Source: Mobula hypostoma
Lineage: Eukaryota
Assembly (NCBI RefSeq): GCF_963921235.1
Contig: NC_086097.1
Span: 21,764,001 to 21,828,000, forward strand
Direction of reading: 5' to 3'
Length of the DNA stretch: 64,000 nt
Below, one piece after another: positions 24,666 through 35,397 of this stretch. Position numbers and translations under genes: made by a program. The notes under the pieces were generated by a model, which saw only the letters and a list, made by a program, of their open reading frames with translations, was not told the DNA's origin and made no database searches. The stretch's first letter is position 1, and every line of letters begins with the position of its first letter.

Positions 24666-24825
24666 TGCAACACACACACAAAATGCTTTGAGGAACTCAG
24701 CAGGTCAGACAGCATCTATGGAAATGAATAAACAGTTGACGTTTCAGGCCGAGACCCTTCATCAGGACTGAGAATGAAGGAGGGAAATGCCAGAATAAAA
24801 AGGTGGGGGAAGGGGAAAGAGGCTA
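24666..24825 (-). mobile_element. Penelope-derived short repeat (pLTR-like) carrying the hammerhead motif
   Basis: acacacaaaatgct..aggaactcagcaggtcag.cagcatctatgga...cttcatcaggactg. The same family occurs near 2680, 6235, 6990/7790, 9790, 10820, 24925, 25750, 29112, 31684, 36820, 38075, 39669, 47541, 53805, 55930, 58527, 60720 and 61310. Confidence 0.8.
24733..24770 (-). ncRNA. Minimal type I hammerhead ribozyme motif in a Penelope-derived repeat (best-preserved copy)
   Basis: Minus strand reads CAGTC CTGATGA A GGGT-CTCG-GCCT GAAA CG TC AACTG. It has the CUGAUGA/GAAA/UH core, a stem II hairpin, stem I CAGT/ACTG (core-proximal pair mutated) and a palindromic ACGU in place of stem III. Confidence 0.65.
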
Positions 24826-25696
24826 ATTTGATTAAACATTTGGAAGTGATGGCAGAAGTGTTATCAATGACAGTTGTTCTCCATAGTTGTTAGCTGGCCT
24901 ACTGAATGTTTTCAGCAAATCGTAAACACAGGATTCCTCAGATGCTGGAAATTCAGAGTGACACAAAATGCTGGAGGATCTCAGCAGGTCAGGCAGCATC
25001 TATGGAGAGGAATAGATAGTGGATGTTTCAGGCTGAGATCCTTCATCATAACTTACCTCTTCCTAGAGATGCTGCCTGGCTTGCTGCGTTCACCAGCAAC
25101 TTTGATGTGTGTTTCATGATAAAGGGTGTTGGCCCTTCAATGACAGGAAATTGAGCGCACAGCCACTAATGAACAGGATCAGAAATGCCTGCAATCTTAT
25201 GTTTCTACACTCATAGGTGTTTGCAGGATTTGAACCCATGGCCTTCTGAAATTGCATTCAAAATGTCCTGATGAAGGGTCTTGGTCAATGTACCCTCTAA
25301 CTTGTAATGACCAATGTGCACAAAAATCTTGTGCTATACAATTTTTTACCCAATGACAACAACAGGTACTCTCTGAATTTTTAAGTGGAAGTAAACCTGA
25401 AGTTGTTCTAAGCCATTCCGCTTCAAATGAACTAGAATTTTTTTTTGTGCTTCACGCCCTTTGCTTCTTTGGAATTCTTCATAGTGAATCAATAATTTCT
25501 TCAATAAAAACAGTGTAAATAAGTCGGTTCTAAAACCTGCAGACAAATCTTCGTGAACTCACATTGTCAACAACGTCTGCGTCAGAAACCGGAAAAGGAC
25601 ATATGATTGTGTATGATCGTGAAATATACCTAACACACCAACGATGTAGAGGGTGACATTTTGTGCACTAGTAGTAAAAGGTGGGGGGGGGGGTTG

Positions 25697-25697
25697 T

Positions 25698-25729
<32 letters not shown>
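25697..25729. repeat. (TG)n microsatellite (another at about 10888-10919)
   Basis: Directly visible. Confidence 0.9.
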
Positions 25730-25731
<2 letters not shown>

Positions 25732-25983
25732 ACGTACACCTTAGAGGGACATTGGTCTCGGCCCAAAGCAACAACTGTTTAGCCCTTTCCATACATGTTA
25801 CCTGAACTGCTGAATTCCTCCAGCATTTTGTGTGCTACACTAAATATCTCCAGCATTTTCCACTTTTATGTATTCTGATAAACACTTGTCAACACATTGA
25901 TCAAATGAGGGAGGAGCTGTGGCAGGACATAAAAGTACTAAAAAACAATAACAAAAATAATAATATTTCACTCTTTATTCCAG

Positions 25984-26133
25984 ATCTCTCAATATCTGGG
26001 GAAGCTCTACAGTGAGATGATCTTTGTAAATGGATTTGTGCATTGTGATCCACACCCAGGCAATGTGTTAGTGAGAAAGTCTCCTCAAACCAACAAGGCT
26101 GAAATTGTGTTGCTGGACCATGGCCTATATCAG
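25984..26133 (+). CDS. ADCK1: ADCK1 internal coding exon (150 nt, phase 0/0): ISQYLGKLYSEMIFVNGFVHCDPHPGNVLVRKSPQTNKAEIVLLDHGLYQ
   Basis: Acceptor ctctttattccag| and donor CAG|gtaagc. Contains the ABC1/UbiB kinase catalytic loop HCDPHPGN and the DFG-equivalent LLDHG. Closely matches the vertebrate ADCK1 segment as I recall it (LGKMYSEMIFVNGFVHCDPHPGNVLVRK...AEIVLLDHGLYQ). Confidence 0.95.
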
Positions 26134-26244
26134 GTAAGCTCTCAAATCACTTTGTTGAAAACCATGGCACCAAGACAGATGGGTCAAGAGTCGGAAGGCC
26201 ACAGGCTCAAATCCTGCAATCTTATTTGGAATATTATATTCAGT

Positions 26245-27085
26245 TCTGATTGCCTCATTGTGGAAAGGATGTGGAAATTTCTGAGAGGGTACAGAGGAGA
26301 TTTACCAGGATGCTGCCTGGACTAAAGAGCATGTCTTATGAAGATAGGCTGAGTGAGCTAAGGCTTTACTCTTTGGAGCGAAGGAGGATGAGAGGAGACT
26401 TGATAGTGTTGTACAAGACGATGAGACATAGTTAGAGTGAATAGCCAGAGTCTTTTTTCCTAGGGCAGAAATGGCTAATGCAAGGGGTGTAATTTTAAGT
26501 TGGTTGGTTGAAAGTATGTGGGGGGTGGGTTTGTTTTAATTAGTTTTTTCAAAAAATTGTGATACACCGCGGTATAGGCTCTACCGGCCCTTTAAGCCAT
26601 GCCGTCCCAGTAACCCCTGACAAACCCTATTAGCTCTAATCTAATCACGGGACAATTTACAATGACCAATTAACTTACCTGGTATGTCTTTGGACTATGG
26701 GAGGAAATCGACACACCTGGAGAAAACCTGTGCGTTTCACGGGGAGGACGTACAGACTCCTTAGGGACAGTGCTGGAAATGGACTCTGAACCTCAGAATG
26801 TCCCGCGCTGTAATAAGATTGGCACTCCAGTGTATGTCAGAGGTAAGTTCTTTACAGAGAGAGTGGTGGGTGCGTGGAACGCTCTGCCAGGGGTGGTGTT
26901 GGAGTCAGATACGTTAGGGGCACTTAAGAAACTCTTAATTAAACGGGCATATGGATGATAGAAATAGGGAGGGTTCTGCAGGAGGGAAGTTAGATTGATC
27001 TTAGAGGAGTTTAAAAGGTTGGCACTACACCATGTACCAAAGGGCCTGTGCTTGCTGTAATGTTCACTGTTCTGGGTTCTATATT
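26245..27085 (+). mobile_element. CR1 3' fragment interrupted by a minus-strand V-SINE (about 26560-26830)
   Basis: ORFs ERVQRRFTRMLPGL...LYSLERRRMRGDLI and VRGKFFTERVVGAWNALP, with the SINE V-domain reverse complement between them. Confidence 0.8.
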
Positions 27086-28049
27086 TGAGTGTAGAACCAC
27101 AGAATTCATGCATCTCTGGTCCTGCTCATTTGAGGCCACTCATTCAATTGACAAATTCCTAAACCCGTCAATTCCCTTCTTAATCTCACCACTCCTTTAA
27201 TTCTCTCTTTTCCATCAATATGACCAAGCTTTTGGGCATCTGAAATGATTTCACACAGCTTTACAGAATTAGAGAAAGTTGCAACACTGAAGAGGCTGTT
27301 GGGCCCATCTTGGCTGTGCTGACTAAAATGAATTACGGAGCCTACTATCGTCCCCAAGGTGTGGGTCCACAGCTCTAAGCCCATGCCTCTCCGGGGATAC
27401 GTTGCTGTATTATGAAGAACATGACATAGACAGGAGCAGTGGCTGTAAGGTCTGAATTATAAGATAAAAGATAAGAAACCTCAAAACATACAGAGAAACA
27501 TGGCATTTTCTCTCAACAACTAACACAGTCTGAGGGGGCAGGCCGCAGGTGTTGCCACGATTCTTGCTCCAACAGAGCATGCCCACAACTTAATAACCTA
27601 ACCCGTATGTCTTTGTGACGTGAAGGAAACCAGAGCACCTGGAGGAGATGTACAGACTCCTTAGAGACGTTGATGGGAATTGATCCCTGATATTACAGCT
27701 GTTAAAGCATTACACCAACCATTACACTACTGTGCCTCCCTAATTAACTAATTAATTAATTACATGCTGGGAGCACAGATCTGAAAGTGTTCACTTTACC
27801 TGGAACCATACCATATGGAACATCAAGGTAAACCTCTATCTAACGTTGTTCAGGAAGGGAAATTTGCTATCGGCGCCCAGCATGCCCCATCTGTAACTCC
27901 GCACTCCAATGCAGTTGACTTGTAACTGAGTTCAGCTTCAGCTTCTTTCAAACTGTATTAAGGAACTGGAGCTGGAACTGGATGAATTGTTGCTCATTCG
28001 GGAGACTGGGGAGGGGGTGGGGTGGTTAATTGACTGACATACAGAGGGT

Positions 28050-28505
28050 TTGTTATACCCAAAATGCAGGACGCCGGTAACTGGGTGACTGTCTGGAGGG
28101 GGAAAAGGGGATAGGCAGGCAGCCACTATGGCCGTTCTCCTCAAAACAGGTCCACCGCATTGGATACACTTGTAGGGGGTGGATGAAATAGCAGAGGAAA
28201 GCCACAGCAGTCAGGTCTCCGTCACTGAGTCTGGCTCTGTGTTTCAGAAGCGACAGGCGGAGAAGAGGAGTTCAGTAGTGATAGGGGATTCCATTCCATT
28301 GTTAGAGGAACAGACAGGAGATTCTCTGGATATAAAAGAGACACACAGATGGTATGTTGCCTCCCACGGTTTCAGATTCTCGATCAGTGGTATCTCTTCA
28401 GGGGAAGGTATGTTCTGTACGAAAAGGATGGGTTTCACCTGAACTCAAGGGGTATTAATAAGCTTGCGGACAGGTTTGGTAGAGCTGTTAGAGAGGGTTT
28501 AAATG
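28050..28505 (+). mobile_element. CR1 ORF1 (SGNH esterase-like) remnant
   Basis: Peptides VVIGDSI, MVCCLP and YEKDGFHLNSRGINKLADRFGRAVREGLN match the GDS and DGxHL motifs of the CR1 ORF1 esterase domain. Confidence 0.75.
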
Positions 28506-30026
28506 GACACCTCTCTATTCTGAGGTTGTGCCCTCTGGTCCTAGGTTCCACCCCCACTACAGGAAACATCCTCACTATGTCCACTCTATCTAGGACCTTA
28601 AATATTCGACGGGTTTTGACAATTGTAACTAAACCTTGATAACTTGGAAAATTTTACAGAGGATTCAAAGGCATGGGGAGTGCAACAGAATTGTTTGCTC
28701 AGGATGATGTCCAAGTGAAGATCTTCGCAACAAGATCTTAGCAGCAACTTCCTTTCTCTGATGAAACATAAACGCTGTGTCTCTCTGCATGGATGCTGGC
28801 TGACCTGCTGAGCATTTTCAGCATCTCGGAAACACTGAGAACAGACAGAGGCCCTTCAGCTCACTGTTTCCATGCTGAGAATCAAGAATCTGCTTACACC
28901 AATCCTACACCAAGCTGATTTTACTCTCCCCATGTTTCAGGATCACATTAAAGTTTATAGCCATGTAAACATGTGGTATAAATGCCATGAAATTTCCCTT
29001 TGTACATCAGCAGTACAGCACATTACAAACATGACAAGTTGTGTATACTTAAATGACACAAAGCGTACACCTGTGCAAAGATAAACATAATGATGCAAGT
29101 GCAACGCGCAGACAAAATGGAGGAACTCATTAGGTCAGGCAGCATCTATGGAGGGGAATAAACTGTCGATGTTTCGGGCTGAGACTCTTCATCACGTTGA
29201 CTGCTTATTCTGCACCACAGGTGCTGTCTATTATGCTGGTTCCTTCAGCACGTTATGTGCATTGCTCAGTTTCCAGCACCTGAAGAATCACTTGTGCTTG
29301 TGATAATGATACGAGTGGATGTTGAGACACAGAAACAAAATACAGTATAGCCTGAGGTAGGGGGATGGGTTTTAGCCATTTTCGAACCTACAGCTACCCT
29401 TGATTCCCCAACTCACCTTCAAATTTGAGTTGCTTGGGGCTTCTTACTGTAGCAAAATTAACCTGCCTCCAATTTCTGTTTATAATTCAGATTTCCAGCA
29501 GCTACAGATCTTTAATTAAAACAGGAAATGCTAGGAATTCTCTGCAGGTCAGGTGGTACCTGTGGAGAGAGAAACAGTTCACGTTTCAGGTCAAAGATCT
29601 GGCAGCTCTTTAGGTTTTCATTGACTGCTGGGGCTGATGCTCATCCCACAGATATAAAAAGTACCATTTTAGTCCTGTGACAAGAGAAACACGGTAGATC
29701 CATCAACACTTGGTTGTTGGGCTTTCATCGTCTTTTCAGTTTCTGACAGGCCCACTGTGACGAGCTATTTATGGACATTGGAAAGACAGTAGGTTTGATG
29801 GATTCTGTTTTTGTAACTTCTATTTATTGTGTTCTAGGCTGTTTTAGACAGCAGTTATCTCTGCACAGGCCCATGCTCTGAGGTGCTAAAAAAATGGCCA
29901 GCTCACAACCCCACGACCGGTTTGCATATTTTGGTGCTTCCTCTTTACCAGGAATCTCTCCCATAAATCTCAGCTCAACCTGAAATCTGCTCACCTTTCA
30001 ATTACATCATCAAACATCAGTAGAAG

Positions 30027-31613
30027 TCCAACACACTATCCAATGTGACACAGAACCCACCCTCCAACACATTATCCAATGTGACACAGAATTCACACTC
30101 CAACACACTGTCCAATGTGACACAGAGCCCACAATCCAACACACTGTCCAATGTGACACAGATCCTACAATCCAACACCCTATCCAATGTGACACAGAGC
30201 CCACCCTCCAACACAATATCTGGTGTGACACAGAACCCACACTCCAACACACTATCCAATGTAACACAGAGCCCACACTCCAACACACTGTCCAATGTGA
30301 CACAGAGCCCACACTCCCAACACACTATCCAATGTGACACAGAACCCACACTCCAACACACTATCCAATGTGACACAGAACCCACCCTCCAACACACTGT
30401 CCAATGTGACACAGAGCCCGCACTCCAACACACTATCCAATGTGACACAGAACCCACACTCCAACACACTGTCCAATGTGACACAGAGCCCACAATCCAA
30501 CACCCTCTCCAATGTGACACAGAGCCCACCCTCCAACACAATATCTGGTGTGACACAGAACCCACACTCCAACACACTGTCCAATGTGACACAGAGCCCA
30601 CACTCCAACACACTGTCCAATGTGACACAGAGCCCACACTCCAACACACTATCCAATGTGACACAGAACCCACACACCGACATACTATCCAATGTGACAC
30701 AGAGCCCACACTCCAACACATTATCCCAGGTGACACAGAATTCACACTCCAACACATTGTCCAATGTGACACAGAATTCACACTCCAACACACTGTCCAA
30801 TGTGACACAGACCCCACCCTCCCAACACACTATCCAATGTGACACAGAACCCACCCTCCAACACAATATCCCATGTGACATAGACTCCACCCTCCAACAC
30901 ACTATCCAATGTGACACAGAACCCACACTCCCAACACACTATCCAATGTGACACAGAACCCACACTCCAACACACTATCCAATGTGACACAGAGCCCACC
31001 CTCCAACACAATATCCAGTGACACAGAGCCCACACTCCAACACACTGTCTAATGTGACAGAACCCACACACCAACACACTATCCAATGTGACACAGGGCC
31101 CACAATGCAACACACTATCCAATGTGACACAGAACCCACCCTCCAACACAATATCCCATGTGACACAGAGCCCACACTCCAACACAATATCCAGTGTGAC
31201 ACAGAACCCACACTCCAACACACTGTCCAATGTGACACAGAACCCACACTCCAACACACTATCCAATGTGACACAGAACCCACACTCCAACACACTATCC
31301 AATGTGACACAGAATTCACACTCCAACACACTGTCCAATGTGACACAGAGCCCACACTCCAACACACTGTCCAATGTGACACAGAGCCCACACTCTAACA
31401 CACTATCCAATGTGACACAGAATTCACACTCCAACACACTGTCCAATGTGACACAGAACCCACACTCCAACACATTATCCCATGTGACACAGAACCCACA
31501 CTCCAACACAATATGCAGTGTGACACAGAACCCACACTCCAACACAATATGCAGTGTGACACAGAACCCACACTCCAACACACTATCCAATGTGACACAG
31601 AACCCACACTCCA
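30027..31613. repeat. Minisatellite, 36-bp unit (CCAACACACTRTCCAATGTGACACAGARCCCACACT), about 44 copies
   Basis: Direct tandem periodicity; ORFs in several frames show 12-aa repeats (TQNPHSNTLSNV). Confidence 0.97.
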
Positions 31614-34364
31614 TGCTATCGATTGTTTACCTACTTTATTCCATTGCACCGCTTTTGCGATTGGTGTGACAGAGGCTTGAAAGTCACACACACAAAATGC
31701 TGGAGGCACTTAGTAAGTCAGTCAGCATCTATAGACAGGACAAATGAGTCAACGTTTTGGGCTGAGACCCTTCGTTAGGACTAATGGTGTACTGTACGCC
31801 AGGTTTGCATGATTTTCAATTTGCTGCACAGATCTTCTTTAAACTTGAAGTGCATGCCCTCTATCTAGTATTGGGACCGAATGATAGTGTAGTGATTAGC
31901 GTAATGCTATTACAATGCTAGTGACCTGGGTTCATTTCTGCTGCTGCCTCTAAGGACTTTGTACATTCTCTGCATGCCCACATGGGTTTCCTCTAGGTGC
32001 TCCAGATTTCCCTCACATTCAGAAGGCGAATGGGTTAGTGAGTTCATTGCTCACTCGGGTTCAATTGGATGGCATAGGCTCATAGGGCTGGAATGACCAG
32101 TTACAGTGCTGTATCTTTAGAAAAATACAAATTAATTATTAGACATTTTGGGGGCTGGGGAAACATATCAGCTATTCATCTGTGCGCCTCACAATTTTAT
32201 AAACCTTCCTTACAATGAACATTAGTTGAGGCCATTCAGAGCGCTAAGTCAACGCTGGCTCTCAGACCAATCCCATCAGACCCATTACAGCACCAGCGAT
32301 CCGCGCTTAATTCCACCGCTCAAAGGCATGTATGTTCTCTCTGTGATCATGTGCTCTGGTTTCTTCCCACATTCCAAGGACATACGGGTTTATTGTTCAC
32401 ATGGGTGTAATTGGGTGGCATTGTTTTGTTGGCCTGTGTCTTCAGATTAAGAAATAATCCCCCCACTTATTTGCAGGCAACTTGTTCTGTCTCACCTTCC
32501 CATTATTGCCCCACTGCTTCCCACGTCAACCACCAATACTTGGGGTAATCTAGCAAATTTACCTTCCAGCTAGCACATAGGAGGAAATTGGAGCACTTGG
32601 GGTAGTTCCACGCAGTCACAGGAAGAACATGCAAACTCTGCACAAACTGCACTGGAACCTTCTCTCTCCTACATAAATTATAGGGAAATATATGGAAAGG
32701 TTGGATCGGTGAGGACTATTTCCTGAAGCGTAGGAGAATGGGGGGAGTTTTGATAGTGATATACAAAGTTATGAGATATAGATAAAGGAAATGCAAGCAG
32801 GTTTTCAGCACTGAAGTTGGATGAGCCTAGAACTAGAGGCCATAGGTTAAGGTTCAAAGGTGAAATATTTAAGGGAAGCCTGAAGGAAAACATACTGTGA
32901 GTGTGGAATGAGCTGCCAGTAGAAGTGGTGGATAGGGGTTCAGTTGCAGCATTTAAGAGAACTTTGTACATGGATGGGTGGGGTATGGAGAGTTTTGGTT
33001 GAGGTGCAGGTCAATGGGACAAGGTGGAATAATGGTGTGGTATGGACTAGATGGGCCGAGGGGCCTGATCTGTACTGTAGTGCTCTATGGTCCCATGATT
33101 TGCCTTGAGGGCAAAGACTGAAATACATACCAGCACAAATGCAACAGGCTGCAGGGAGCAAGGTGATGCAGCCAATAAATCTGCTGTCTTGTATCTCCGG
33201 GATTCACCTTCGATCCTGTTCTTTCTAAGATGCTACTTTGGCATCAGCTAGGAAGTAGCCTGTATCACAGAGAGACAAAATACACTGTCCAACAGAGCCC
33301 AGGGAATCATTGCCCTCAGAAGTGTGAAGGGAAGATTAGCTCCTTTTGTCACATACATCAAAACATCGAAACCGACAGTGAAATACGTCACTTTGTGTCA
33401 ATAACCAACACAGTCCAAGGATATGCTGGGGCAGCTTCCAAGTGTTGCCATGCTTTTGGTGTCAAGACAGCATGCCTACAATTTACTATCTCTAACCCAT
33501 GCAGCTCTGGGACCAGAGGGCACAGCCTCAAAACAGAGAGACATACATTTAGAACAAAGATGAGGAGGAATTTATTTAGCCTGAGGGTGGTAGGGAGACT
33601 ATGGAATTCTTGCAACAGGTGGCTGTGGAGTCCAGATCACTAGGTGCATTTAAGGTAGAGGTTAATAGGTTCTATATTAGTCAGGGCGCAAAAGTTTATG
33701 AAGAGAAGGCAGGGTTGAGAGGGAAATGGATTAGCCATGATGAAATGGCAGAGCAGACTTGATGGGCTGAATGGCCTGATTCAGCTTCTATGTCTTATGG
33801 TCTTATGAGAACATACAAACGCCTTACAGACAGTAGTAGGAATTGAACTTTGATCTCACAGCTGGCACAGTAAAGCATTACGCTAACCTTCACTATACCT
33901 TGCTGCCTCGTGTGTAAAACCTAGTCTATTTTCCTATTTCTCCGTGGAAAGTGGAGTTTCCTCTTTCTCCCTGTAATCACATGAGTTTCCCCCAAGTGCT
34001 CCAGTTACTTCCTACATCTCAGCAATGTGCGGGTCTGCAGCTGAATTGATCATGTGAATTGCCAATAGTGGTTTTGCTGATGGGAAATGTAATGTGAGTA
34101 AAATGGGTATTTAATGGGCCTGGTGACCTAATGGAACACACACAAAGCTGGAAGAACTTAGCAAGTGTGGAGAGAAATGATCAGTTGATGTTTTTTTCCC
34201 CCCATGAGCCTTCATCTGTACTGCTGATGTGGAGGGCCCATTTCTATGCTGTATGAGTCTGCTATATCTATGTCTATGTTGTAGGGGATTGATTTTTTAC
34301 AATGCTAAAGCCATTGGAGGAACAGTGGGCTGTGGCCTCTTTCTAGAGGTAAGCCACAGATCAT

Positions 34365-34850
34365 ATATTTCATGAAAATGTTTCCAGGAATGAAAGGATT
34401 ATCATATAAGGAGTGCCTGATAGTTCTGGGCCTCTACTCACTGGAATTTAGAAGAATGGGGAGGGTGGGGGTGGATCTCACTGAAACCTACCAAATGTTG
34501 AAAGGCCTAGATAGAGTGGATGTGGAGAGGATGTTTCTTATAGCAGGGGAGTCTAGGTCCAGAGGGCACAACCTCAGGATAGAGGGGCATCATTTTAGAA
34601 CGGAGATGAGGAGGAATTTCTTTAGCCAGAAGTGGTGAATCTGTGGAATTCATTGCCACAGGTGGCTGTGGAGACTGGGTCATTGGGTGTGTTTAAGGTG
34701 AAGGTTGATAGATTCTTGATACGTCAGGGAATGAAAGGTTACGGGGAGAAGACGGGAGAATGGATTTGAGTGGGAAATGGATTAGCCATGATCAAATAGC
34801 AGAGCAGACTTGATAGGCCTATAGACCTAATTGTGCTCGTATGTCTTATT
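34365..34850 (+). mobile_element. CR1 3' fragment
   Basis: ORF 34372-34638 has LGLYSLEFRRM...SRGHNLRIEGHHFRTEMRRNFFSQ. Confidence 0.85.
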
Positions 34851-35397
34851 AGATTAGATGATTAGATTCAACTTTATTGTCATTGTGCTGAGTACAAAGC
34901 CAATGAAATGCAGTTAGCATCTGACCAGAAATGCAAAGAATAGTGTTATTTACTTTTTATACACAGTTATTTTGTAAGTGCTACAGCACACAAATATAAA
35001 AGTACTGAGACAGTACAATATGGGTACAATACTGCTTAACGCTGTGATGAGAGGTTCAGCAGGGCCACAGCCTCAGGGAAGAAGCTCTTCCTGTGCCTGC
35101 TGATGCGGGAGCGGAGGCTCTTGTAGCACCTACCGGATGGGAGGAGAGTAAAAAGTCCATGGTTGGGGTGAGATGCATCTTTGATAATGCTTTTCGCCTT
35201 GCCCATATGATTATGATAGATGTTCTCAATGGTGGGCAATTGGGTGCCGATAATCCGCTGGGCAGTTTTCACCACACGCTGGAGTGCTTTACGGTCCGAT
35301 ATGGGACAATTGCCATACCACACTGAGATGCAGTTGGTGAGTATGCTCTCAGTGGTACAGCGGTAAAAGTCCGTCAGTATCCCGGGACAGAGGTGAG
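34850..35397 (-). mobile_element. Rex1/Babar LINE 3' end nested in the CR1 tail
   Basis: Peptide WYGNCPISDRKALQRVVKTAQRIIGTQLP...HPNHGLFTLLPSGR...SFFPEAVALLN; the CR1 tail (cttatggtcttatgg) resumes at about 35398. Confidence 0.85.

Noticed and set aside
1..25983. Upstream ADCK1 exon (and a downstream exon after 50889)
   Set aside because: No matching peptide with splice sites was recognised. These exons probably lie outside the window, though a short exon could have been missed.
26017..26325. Stand-alone 102-aa ORF (likewise 50614-50904) as complete genes
   Set aside because: Homology to ADCK1 stops exactly at the splice sites; the remainders are intronic read-through.
30027..31613. CRISPR-like array (36-bp repeats)
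   Set aside because: Units are directly adjacent with no unique spacers, there are no cas genes, and the context is a vertebrate intron.
30010..31709. Long Cys/His/Thr-rich ORFs (up to 278 aa) on both strands
   Set aside because: By-product of a 36-bp tandem unit with stop-free frames; no supporting splice sites or non-repetitive coding context.
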